Below are positions 1 to 10,731 of a stretch of DNA of 64,000 nt, one piece after another. The stretch comes from Albugo candida (Eukaryota), in assembly GCA_040437565.1 (NCBI GenBank), contig JBDOQK010000002.1, positions 496,001-560,000 of the forward strand. The letters run 5' to 3'. A program made the translations under genes and the position numbers. Each line of letters opens with the position of its first letter. Position 1 is the first letter of the stretch. The notes beneath the pieces are model-generated. The model was given only the letters and a program-made list of their open reading frames with translations, was not told where the DNA came from and made no database searches.

Positions 1-410
1 TTATCTAAATAACAAGCTTGGCTTCGTGCCCTCGAATCTTTAGCTCAGCCATGTAAGATAGAATGAGGCTGTATTGCTCAATATCACTTCCGAATAACTC
101 GAGCTTCAACTTTTCGAGTGCGCGAGAACAGTTCAGATACGTGGCAGAAAATTCCTTCGTTCTTCAACTTTCTTTGGATTATCACGTGAGTCACTTTCCC
201 ACCGAAGCTTATGGCCATATCTCTGACTGCAGGAATTACAGCAATCTTTTTCGCAGTCGCATATTTGCGAGACGCCTTTGATGATTCAAATACTTGACAG
301 GAGTGAGAAAACAAATTTTGAGGAGGGCTGAATGCCTGTCAAAAGGAAAACTGCACAACAAGTAAACAGCCATGCTGTGTGCACACTGACTGCTTTATAA
401 CGCCGTTTGT
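1..410 (-). mobile_element. Degenerate MULE/MuDR-like transposase fragment (N-terminal zinc-binding region)
   Basis: Frameshifted minus-strand pieces read VCTQHGCLLVVQF ... FSHSC (C-x4-C ... H-x-C), then YLNCSRALEKLKLELFGSDIEQYSLILSYMAEL, which resembles the MuDR 'G....SY..LP.Y...L' block. Interrupted by stops and frameshifts. Confidence 0.45.
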
Positions 411-1518
411 CGCTTGGCATCACATAAAACGGACAGTTAGAGTTTCGGTTGGACTCAATTACGGCTTGAAATGATATTTACCAGCGTAAGTCCTATTCTC
501 GAAGAAGCTGCTGCTAGTTTGCTGTTGCTCGTCGTCACTGGTGTTGAAATGTGTAATGTGTACAGCTGTACGTATAGTACACATCCTTTTTGAATGTTTG
601 TCATCTTGTGGTATTTTATATTTTATAATTCCTAATATCTTTCTGTCGACTTGCGCACCAAAAGCGAGTAACCCTCGACGACGCAAATGTATTATAGCGC
701 TATAAAAATGGTGCCGTCCACTTGATTCTTTAGGAAATTCAGAACTGAACGATTCTTCTGGAGAAACTTTATAACTTGGACGTAAGTGAAAACAGTAACG
801 TACGAAGATGATTTTTTTTTATTATAATAGAAAATTTTTGGTTTAAACAATCGAAAAATGCAAGATTCCACGGATCGACATACGGTACTCTTGATTTATA
901 TACTGTGCTACAACAGTGGCGCCATTGATTTGGGCACTTCAATCCAGTCATGTGAGGTTTTCTAATTCAAGCAATCTCACTCTGTTGCATACATTTTACC
1001 CAAATATTCTATTTCGCACATAAAGCTTTGAGTTTGTTTCGGAGTCACTTATTCAAATGAATTTATTGTTTTTGATAAAAGTGACTCGCGCAGAGACGTT
1101 ATACGATATTGCATGGTGGTGCTCCTCGGAAAATACCAGTACGCAAAAAGCAAAAAAGGGAATGCTTACTGTAATTGTAAGTGTGCCTTATTGAGAAGCA
1201 AGAATCTAGAAGAACCGCTTTATATCTGCAAAAGAATGTCCTGAAACATACTTTGTATTAAGATTATTTTAAGAGCATGTGGAGTTTGAAAGTTGCCTAA
1301 AAGGAGAAGGCCTGTTATTTAATCCTTTCACAATGATTGGCAGCACTGGTACGAGTTTCTTTGAACTCAGAGGAAACGAGAGTATGCAAAAACTAGCAAG
1401 TATGAGGATTCGGAGAGAATAGAGAATAGAAAGCCGTATCAGATATCTCTCGCTGTCTGAAGCAAATCGATTAATTATCGAACGTCAATAACATGTCACA
1501 TAAAATAGTCATCTTCGA

Positions 1519-2121
1519 TCATCCATAACAGCGAATGGGAGTCTTGCTGCCTTTATCCGCACACTGGCCTCCTTTTTCCAAGTAGTGCTGATGAATCTCT
1601 TCTGCTGGCCAGAAGTGTCCTGCTTCCTCAATTTCGGTCACAATCGGACTTGACAAAGTTTTCTCATGTTCTTCTTTGGACAAAAATGCTTGCTTTCGCT
1701 GCACATCGGTATGATAATAAATTCCAGAGCGGTACTGCGTACCACAATCATTCTTTTGCCGATGTAGCGTGGTCGGGTCGTGAATATCCCAAAACACTTT
1801 CAGCAAGTCTTCGTAACTGACAATAGAGTCATCAAATTCAATGCGAACAGCTTCAGCGTGGCCGGTCTGTCCTGTACAGACTTGTTGATAGGTCGGATTT
1901 TCAGTTGCACCATTGGTGTACCCGACGGTTGTTTGGAGGATTCCACTTATGCGCTGAAATGCCAATTCAACGCCCCAAAAGCATCCTGCAGCAAATGTAG
2001 CAGTCATTTTTGCATTACTAGCACACGCACTTTTGCTCATTGCTTTGCAGCTCTTAAGTTTAAATGGGAGACTGCGTGTTGAATGATACAATATGGAATG
2101 CGATCGAAAGATTTGGAGCAT
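1519..2121 (-). CDS. msrA: Peptide methionine sulfoxide reductase A
   Basis: GCFWG active site, [23 protein letters not shown] and C-terminal PIRCYG. Possible starts are ATG 2121 (with a presequence-like extension) or ATG 2040. Confidence 0.95.
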   Translation of the reverse strand: MLQIFRSHSILYHSTRSLPFKLKSCKAMSKSACASNAKMTATFAAGCFWGVELAFQRISGILQTTVGYTNGATENPTYQQVCTGQTGHAEAVRIEFDDSIVSYEDLLKVFWDIHDPTTLHRQKNDCGTQYRSGIYYHTDVQRKQAFLSKEEHEKTLSSPIVTEIEEAGHFWPAEEIHQHYLEKGGQCADKGSKTPIRCYG

Positions 2122-2916
2122 TGTATAATTGAATACATCACATTGTTTTATAATACGAATGAGCGCTTCGATTAAAAAGATATCGAGCCTGATTTTCAGC
2201 CAAGTGGTGGGCACGCAGTTTGTAGTAGACGAATGGTTTGCGCGACTGCTGTGGTGGAGAACACCGGAAGCAACTTTTTAGATCTGACATGTCGAAACGC
2301 GATGCCGAGANNNNNNNNNNNNNNNNNNNNNNNNNNNNNNNNNNNNNNNNNNNNNNNNNNNNNNNNNNNNNNNNNNNNNNNNNNNNNNNNNNNNNNNNNN
2401 NNNNNNNNNNAAGTCTTCGTAACTGACAATAGAGTCATCAAATTCAATGCGAACAGCTTCAGCGTGGCCGGTCTGTCCTGTACAGACTTGTTGATAGGTC
2501 GGATTTTCAGTTGCACCATTGGTGTACCCGACGGTTGTTTGGAGGATTCCACTTATGCGCTGAAATGCCAATTCAACGCCCCAAAAGCATCCTGCAGCAA
2601 ATGTAGCAGTCATTTTTGCATTACTAGCACACGCACTTTTGCTCATTGCTTTGCAGCTCTTAAGTTTAAATGGGAGACTGCGTGTTGAATGATACAATAT
2701 GGAATGCGATCGAAAGATTTGGAGCATTGTATAATTGAATACATCACATTGTTTTATAATACGAATGAGCGCTTCGATTAAAAAGATATCGAGCCTGATT
2801 TTCAGCCAAGTGGTGGGCACGCAGTTTGTAGTAGACGAATGGTTTGCGCTACTGCTGTGGTGGAGAACACCGGAAGCAACTTTTTAGATCTGACATGTCG
2901 AAACGCGATGCCGAGA
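1805..2916. repeat. Gap-flanking duplication (1805-2310 = 2411-2916), assembly artefact
   Basis: 506 bp repeated at offset 606 either side of a 100-N gap, with one difference seen (G2244 vs T2850). Creates a false second msrA 5' half and a false second SPRY 3' end. Confidence 0.9.
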
Positions 2917-3716
2917 TAGTGTTTATTCTTGTAGAATGAAAGATGTCCTGAATTCGTGTCCATCAGCACACCAACAATGTCGCCGTCGTTCATGGGCGCC
3001 GTGAATGCATCAACAATTCCATGAACTTTATGACCAGTCAAGCAAGAGATACCCCAAAAGTGTGGCTGTGAATACACGCTGCTATCAACTGTCAAAATAT
3101 CGGATGCAACACCAATCAGAATTCCGTCCCCTCCAGCGCCACATATTACTTCCACTTCCCAATAATTGACACCTCGCTCGGTATGAAATTTGCTGAATAC
3201 AGAAGCACATCCATGTCCAGTCTGGATGATTCGCGTATTCTGATCATGATACTTCACGACATGCAATCTCTGATCACTATGAAATTGTAACATTGGACAT
3301 AGTAGTACCAAAATCGGATGATTTAAGTTGATCAGACATTCGACCAGCTTCAAAGTTGGTTTGATCTCGATTCTCTGTACTGAATCTGTCTGTACGAGCG
3401 TAATCGTCACCGAATCTGGAATCTGGAGTTTCTTTCGCACACTTTCGATAATTTCAACCCCCAAACAATCCAATGCGAAACAATGTCGAAACTTATGTCG
3501 CTTCGAATGCATGAGCGCATAAAACGTAAATTCGGGTTCCGGATTAACTTCTTTCACGTGAATACGCATGTAACCCCACGGGAATTCGACACGAACCATG
3601 CTAGAATCTATCCAGTCAGAATCCGCATCAGGTCGCTCTTCTGCGGTAATCAATCGACCGCAGCCGTATGGCGTGGCTACGTGCAAAATCGCGCTCTCAA
3701 TTCGGTCCGTTTGCAT
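2802..3716 (-). CDS. SPRY/B30.2 domain protein
   Basis: C-terminal GVNYWEVEV...ILIGVA...GDIVGVLMD...LSFYKN.HYLGIAF...LLPVFS is typical SPRY. Likely start MQTDRIES at 3716. Confidence 0.85.
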   Translation of the reverse strand: MQTDRIESAILHVATPYGCGRLITAEERPDADSDWIDSSMVRVEFPWGYMRIHVKEVNPEPEFTFYALMHSKRHKFRHCFALDCLGVEIIESVRKKLQIPDSVTITLVQTDSVQRIEIKPTLKLVECLINLNHPILVLLCPMLQFHSDQRLHVVKYHDQNTRIIQTGHGCASVFSKFHTERGVNYWEVEVICGAGGDGILIGVASDILTVDSSVYSQPHFWGISCLTGHKVHGIVDAFTAPMNDGDIVGVLMDTNSGHLSFYKNKHYLGIAFRHVRSKKLLPVFSTTAVAQTIRLLQTACPPLG

Positions 3717-3947
3717 TTTTCTTGAAATTGAGCCCTTCCCAAAAGAGTCTAAAAACCTGTTCGTTTTGATATTTACTTCAACAAAAATGCCAGAAAATGT
3801 ACAAAAAAAGGTACATCTCATTTTTCATCGACTTTCCAACTGCCAAATGTTGACCTCATTTGAATGTCCTTTCAGACTTGATAAACTGATCCCAAGACGT
3901 TTGATCGTAATTCAGACGCACAAAGCGACACGAATTCGAGTAATTTG

Positions 3948-6377
3948 ATGGGCGGTGTATGTTATCGCTGCCAACAAGCTTCTTTTGAAGAAGATCGTCT
4001 GACTATCCATAATATTCGACTCGTCGCACAACATTACTTGCTGCAACCTGCTCAACCACTTTCACTGCGTCATACTGAAAGCGATCTTTCCATTCCATCA
4101 CACGCATTACTGAGAATGGAAAACACAAATAATGATGTAGAGCAAGCGAATATCGTACGCGATTCTGATCCTGGCGCTCGACGTCACACTCTTTGTTCAC
4201 TTGCTAATTATATGTCGTCTTCTTTCAATAAGCTGTCGATTTCAAACCACTGCACGGTGACAGCACGAGTATATGAGCCAGCTGCTAGTTTGAGCAAATC
4301 AATGCATGATCGAGCATGGCGAACAGCGGCCATTTCTCTGGGCCAAACACATTGGCACAATAGACCCAAAGGAATATACAATCCACTTTCTTTGAAAGAA
4401 TTCTGCATTCGATGCATTTGTATTCGACTCCTTAGTGAGCCAGCTTCAGTCTTCCGCATATTGGCGTACCAAATTCGACAACATGAAAAGTTGAGAAAAC
4501 AACAGAATCTGCTTCAAGATTGTGAAAGCGAGAAAGCGCCCGAATTTGCATCTCTATCCGCGGATTTGGCCACTGCAATTTTAGCCTGGTTTCGTGATCG
4601 TCAAGTCATTTGTAAACATCATTTCCAGTTGCTTGCATACTACCAAATGCTTGATTGGAATTTGCGATTTTGCTCCGATGTGGATGATGCGTGGTTAGAA
4701 GATGTTCCAACTCATGTCATCGAGCTTCTTCAGTCACTCAATGTTTCTTATTGCCATCGATTACAGTTTTGTGGACTGAATTCACAAAGTCGATTACCGA
4801 ATCTTCGCACGGCGAATTTTGATGGATGTCTTTATTTGAAACCAGAGACGATCCAAAGACTCCAGTTTTCCAGTCGTCTGATTTCTTTGAATCTTACAGG
4901 ATGCCGATTGATCACAGATAAAACGTTATATTCGCTTCGACATTTGTTCCGATTACAAGTTCTTCATTTGGTAACGTAACTGTGGTAAAATTATCCGTTT
5001 ACTGATATATTTGATGGATAGAGCGGATGTAAATGGATCACGGAAAAAGGATTGCAACATCTCAATGGCTTATTTGGTTTGAAGCGATTATATCTTGCAC
5101 GCTGCGTCAATGTATCCAATCAGGCATTCCGCTTCTTCCCTACATCCTTTCCCAATTTGATAGAATTAGATGTGTCACATTGCTCCATCAGGTACTACAA
5201 AAATGGACCTTATTATCTCCTCAATTGACTTTTTTGATATCTAGTGACATCGCCTTGCATTTTATTGGCCGTCTGAAAGAGATGAGTTCGTTGGCACTGA
5301 AAGGATGCAGTCGAGTAACCACCAAAGGCTTGAGTCATCTTGGTTCATTATCGAAACTGAGACGATTGGACTTTAGATACTGCAAACATATTTCTGGCTT
5401 ATGCAAAGAATGGACTCAGCTTAACGCACTGTGGCTCTCTTGTACAAACTTCAAAGAATCGGATGCTTTTATTCTGGCCACGATGAGATACTTACAAGAG
5501 CTCGATCTTCGGTGTTGTGTCGTTACCAAATGCTCTTTTACATTCGTGAGTCAACTACAAAATCTCGTGAGACTTTGTGTGGCGGAAACAGCTTTAACCG
5601 ATGAGAGCTTGATTGTGCTATGCAAAAGACTGAAAAAGCTACAATTGTTGGACATTTCATGCACTGAAGTGACAGACAGTGGGACAATACTAATTGACAA
5701 GCTTGAGGAATTGAAAGAATTACATTTGGATACTCCTGGAATAACAAACAGATCTCTTGGAAGAATAGGAAAGTTGAAGAAATTGGCCAGATTGAATCTT
5801 TTCGCTGCAAAGTAAGCATGATTTTTACTTTGACAAGTGTGTCATTTAGAGTGGATGTAGTGTGACGGACGAGGGAGTTGAGTCTCTAGCACAACTTGAA
5901 GCACTGCATGACCTTGCAATATGCAGCGGAGGTATCGGTCCTCATGGTGTGAAAGTACTCTCTCAACTGAAAAAATTGGGAGCACTAAATTTGAGTCAAA
6001 ACAAGTGGGTAATGTTCACTTGCGGCTAAAAAATTCTGACTGTGTTTTAGAGAGATCCAATCGCAGTGCGTTGTTCACCTTGGAGCACTCACAGAATTAC
6101 GGTATCTCAATCTATCGAACACAAGTATCAGCAGTTCTTGCCTGCACAATTTATACGGTGAGTATCTACCAGCTTCGATTGGTCACCATTACTCAACCCG
6201 GACTTCTGTCTAGCACTAAAACATCTGGAAAGTTTATCAGTTTATGGAGTCATCTTGGATGCCAGTCAAATCGATGAGCTACAAGGTGCGGTGTTTTTCT
6301 CAAGTGAAACTCATTGATACAAATGTTTTATGCGTCTAGTGAATCTACCTCAACTCAAGGTCTTGAGGTGCTCATGA
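3948..6377 (+). CDS. Leucine-rich repeat protein (cysteine-containing/AMN1-FBXL-type LRRs), multi-exon
   Basis: Repeated LxxLxLxxCxxITD units over several exons joined by short GT-AG introns (e.g. 4971-5021). Ends LPQLKVLRCS* at 6377. Confidence 0.85.
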
Positions 6378-6679
6378 GGAGTACGTTGCTTTGTGGAGCC
6401 TGTACGATCTGATACTCAAATAGCAATGATACATGTGGCGTATTTGAGTCGATGCGTATGCTCGGGTCCAAATACAGTACTCCGTTGATCCTGACATTTG
6501 GCAAATGACGTATCGAACACGTGGTAGAATGATACTATAGAATCGTTTTTAATTCGAGTTCCTTTAACTTAATATGGTTCAAAATAATCTTTGCACTGTA
6601 CCACGTTTCCTTATTGCGCATAATCCGTGTAAAGGAGCCAATCATCTCACAGACTGTGTCCTACACAATCTATTTCAGT

Positions 6680-7063
6680 ATGAGCACACGTGCGCTGGTT
6701 TTGGGCGGATATCGTCGGCTTTTACGCGCAAGTCGCTTGTCATTTGAAGGAGATACGTTTGCTTTACAACAAGCTCGTTTAACATTACGTAACCAGTTCC
6801 TCGATAAAAGTGTCATCTCAGATCCCAAAGCACAAGAAGAGATGCTAAAAGGAATCGACGAAGCAGAAAGTATGCTTCTTCATCATATCGTTCAAGGAAA
6901 AAGGGTGGATAAGAGTGATGAGCCTTCACGTTTCAAAGTCAAACTCACCGACCCGCAGAAAAAGAATATGAGTCAGAATGAAGAATTAACACCGGTCACT
7001 TTAAAAAGCACAGCAGAATCCATTATCATACACTCTGGTAACGCGTGCACGCGACCTCAGTAA
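6680..7063 (+). CDS. LYRM7: LYR-motif protein, complex III assembly factor Mzm1/LYRM7-like
   Basis: MSTRALVLGGYRRLLRASRLSFEGDTFALQQAR...MLLHHIVQG matches the Mzm1/LYRM7 pattern (YR..LRA....F.GD...L..AR; L..NIVQG). Confidence 0.8.
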   Translation: MSTRALVLGGYRRLLRASRLSFEGDTFALQQARLTLRNQFLDKSVISDPKAQEEMLKGIDEAESMLLHHIVQGKRVDKSDEPSRFKVKLTDPQKKNMSQNEELTPVTLKSTAESIIIHSGNACTRPQ

Positions 7064-7129
7064 AGCATACTAATGGTATACGAAAATAAACCATGTACGT
7101 TTTGCCATATGCAAAACTTCAGAAAGCGC

Positions 7130-7348
7130 CTAAGCTCGAATTCGGCCTGCTTTCCATATTTCATATAGATATCTTCCGGTCAACATGCTGACCAACGTTT
7201 GTGTGGTAGACTTGGACCCATGCTTTTTCTTCTCCGAATCGTTCTCGTGTATCACAGACACTTCTTCTTCTTCTGTCATTGCTTGTGCAAATCCGATCAT
7301 CGCGATCAACAGGGACAGTAGCAACAGAATATAGCGTAATGGACACAT
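7130..7348 (-). CDS. Small putative secreted protein (72 aa)
   Basis: MCPLRYILLLLSLLIAMIGFAQA is signal-peptide-like with an AQA cleavage site, followed by an acidic then a basic tract. No family recognised. Confidence 0.5.
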   Translation of the reverse strand: MCPLRYILLLLSLLIAMIGFAQAMTEEEEVSVIHENDSEKKKHGSKSTTQTLVSMLTGRYLYEIWKAGRIRA

Positions 7349-7476
7349 GCTTTCCAATAGAATTATGAGAACGCAGCCAAGCGATTGACAAATTCTCAGT
7401 CTGTGATTATCCCGGAGATTAGGTATACACGTATGCAAATAGTACCTCCACGCTACTTTGCGTCATGCACACAGGT

Positions 7477-10400
7477 TTAGGACGTGTTCATCTGGCTATT
7501 AGATGCCAGACCTATACATTTACATGACTCAGTCAACAGATTGAGGGCTGACTTATACCACATCTCACCTCGTAGTAATAGCATGACGTCACCTGATCGC
7601 TCAAAATAAAACATCGCCTACAAAATAAACGGACACGTGAGAGATTAGTCCCAAATGACTCACTGCTCACGCACACTTGATTTTTTTACACTGCCGACGT
7701 GGCACGTGTAGATAGCCGCTTGACTGGAAAACACGTTGGTATCGTTTGTTTGGAGAGGTCGCATAATACGTGTCGATGAGTCATTATCACGCGAAGTTAC
7801 CATCGAGGTTTCTGTTTGTTTAACTGTTTGAGGACCAGCAGCGTCTTGATTGGTGATACTGTCATGATATTTTCGGAAATAAGCAAATAAAGTGTCATCA
7901 TCAGCATCGCCGATACACAGCAAGAAATCGAGTGGACGGTGATTGCGGTCAGACTCTTGCGTGGATCTTCTCATCAACTCTTCCAGAATAGCAGTTTTCT
8001 GGATTCCTTGTAGTCGAACTATCACACGATTGCTACCTGGTAGCACCTCTAACGGCAGATTACACAGCACATCTTCCAAATTGAGCAGCATGTCGCGTGC
8101 CTGCATGGGCCCAAAGATGGAATCCGTCTCACCATAATGCCAGATCATAGAGCTATCTTTGATTTCGATTCGACTTCCTGGAGTTCGCTCTGTGAAATAT
8201 TGCATGATTGGACGCACGACTTTTTTCCACGACAAATCGACTTCGCCGGTAAGCGTTTGCCATTCATCAGACTTTGGAAAGCGAAAGTAATAACCTGATT
8301 CTGCCACAATTCCCACACGTGGATCTCTGAGCCAGCTGATGAGTACACTACGAGCATGCGCACTGAACACGAGAACTGTGTTTCGTGGATCCGCACATAA
8401 TGTTTCAAGTACTCGTTTTCCGACTGGTTTTGGAGGAGTGATTGCCGTTCGTTGTTGACTTCCTTCTCCCATCAATATATTATCGACATTGAGTAAAATC
8501 AGGCGATTGGAGGATTGAGTGTAACAATGGATAATTTCTTCAAAAGGCAGTTTCGTTAACTTTGTTCCTGATGTTGGTCTCGTTGTCATATACTCCAAGT
8601 CTGTTAAAAAACTCTTTCCCCAAAAGCTTGCTGAGTGAGTTTTGACATAACGCAATAGATTCATGTGTCGATACTCGCGATCTTTTGGCATCAGATTGAG
8701 TGCATAATCCAAAGCTGTAGCGATATCATTTGTGTTCCATGGGTTCACACGTATTGCTCCTGAGAGTGATTGTGCGCTACCAGCAAACTCACTCAGCACA
8801 AGGACACCAGGACCTACACGACGTTCAGAGCATTCGCGTACTTGGCACATCACATATTCGTGACTGACCAGATTCATTCCATCTCGTAGAGATGTCACCA
8901 GACAGACATCAGCCACATTATATAAAGCTACCAGCTCGTGAGGACGCACGGAGCGGTGGATGTAATGTACCGGAGAATGTTCGATTGTACCAAAACGGCC
9001 GTTGATACGTCCGACCATTTCATTCACGTTGGCCGCTAAATTCTGATACTCTACAACACTTGTACGCGAAGGAACCGCGACTTGGATAAGTACAACATTC
9101 TCTCGGTATTTGGGATACATTGTGAGAAAGCGTTCCATAGATAACATACGATGCGGTATACCTTTGATGTAATCCATTCTATCAACACCAACAATTATCT
9201 TCTTACCAGCAAATCTGGTGCATAGTTCTTGTATACGCTGCTGGGTCGTCTCTGCATCGAGTAACTTCTGGAAATGATCGGGATCGATCCCGATCGGGTA
9301 CACTCCGACCGCTGTAAAGTGATCCTGCCATTCGATTCCTTTCGGCGTCGTGTAGGCGCCAACAATCCGCGAACAAGCTGACAAAAAATGGCGGGCATAG
9401 TCATACGTATGAAATCCCAAAAGGTCTGCGCCCAACAATCCTCGCAAAATCGGTTGACCCACAGGAAGCATTCGATAGACATCAGAGGCTGGAAATGGTG
9501 TGTGCAAAAACCAAGCAATAGTGGCCTTAGGATGTCGCTTTCGTAGCAAAGAAGGCAACATCATGAGATGGTAATCGTGAACCCATACGAAATCTCCTTC
9601 TCGATAGACTTGATGAACGGCTTGAGCAAAGCGTTTATTCGCTAGTTTATAAGCGTCCCACGGACGAAAGTCAAACTTTTTCTCGCTTCCTGGTCGAAAC
9701 ATTGGTAAAGGGACGTAATGAAAAATTGGCCATAAAATATCATTACTAAAGTCATTATAATAACGAGCTGCAAGTTCTTTTGATAGGAAGACGGGAAGAC
9801 AATTGAATTCTTTTGCGAGTTTCTCTCGAACTTGATCTTGATCTTCTTGTGCCACTTCTTCTCCAAGCCATCCGATCCAAATAAAAGGTACCTCATCTCG
9901 GATACCATTAAGTGCGGTCACTAAACCTCCAGAACTCATTGTGAATGTCCACTCCCCGGTTACCTCATCCCTCGTAAATGAAATAGGAAGTCGGTTGGAA
10001 ACCATAATCAAGCGGCGACGAGAATCTTTGAGTGAGGGTAACATCTCATCTTGTGATTTCTCAGTTTGAACTTGAATCATTGAAAGTTGACGCTGAACTT
10101 CCTGAATATTGACCATTAATTCCTGCTCTTTCGCACTCATTTCCATACCATCTTCTTCCTCATACATTCCTACACCTGTTTGGTTGCGTCGGTAAGAAGA
10201 TTGGGAATGGAGTAGTGAGCGACGTCGTTGCTCGATGAGACGTTGTCGATGTGATCCTCTCCTACCTCCATCGGATGCGTCATCAGATTCATCTCCAGAA
10301 CTGCTAATTTCCTCATTGCTGTAATCTGAGTTAGCTTTTGCATACATTTCAGATACCAAATTGGATTTTAATTGAGGACGTGAGGATAGATTTCGTGATT

Positions 10401-10509
10401 TTCCGAAAAACGTAGCTGTTTCTTGATGGCATAAATCATCATCCAATGACATTCCACGATTTCGAGATAGTCGTATTGAGTTTGCGTGACGTCGTGTTTG
10501 GTCGGCCAT
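7477..10509 (-). CDS. TPS1: Trehalose-6-phosphate synthase / phosphatase-like fusion
   Basis: GT20 motifs SNRLP, SSGGLV, WVHDYHL, FLHTPFP, GVDRMDYIKG and DGMNLV, followed by a HAD-like TPP domain. Two short 3' introns extend the ORF to ...RGLASNSQMNTS* at 7477. Confidence 0.95.
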
Positions 10510-10731
10510 TGCGTGGTTTTGGTTGTATCTCGTGCTCTCAAACTTTAGCAAACGTTCAAGAAGGTTCTATATCGCTTGACACAAAAGTATACACTATACG
10601 TTCCCTTGCTCGCAATATATTTGTCCAGTCTAATAATTCGAAAAAATTATGCGTATTGTTATTGCCCACTATTGTAATTCTAAACTTCCTATTTTATCAA
10701 CTAGCCACTAAAAATCAAGTTCAAGTTCAGA

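Noticed and set aside
2278..2820. Second msrA copy (tandem duplication)
   Set aside because: Near-identical overlap across a 100-N gap; same pattern as all the other gaps.
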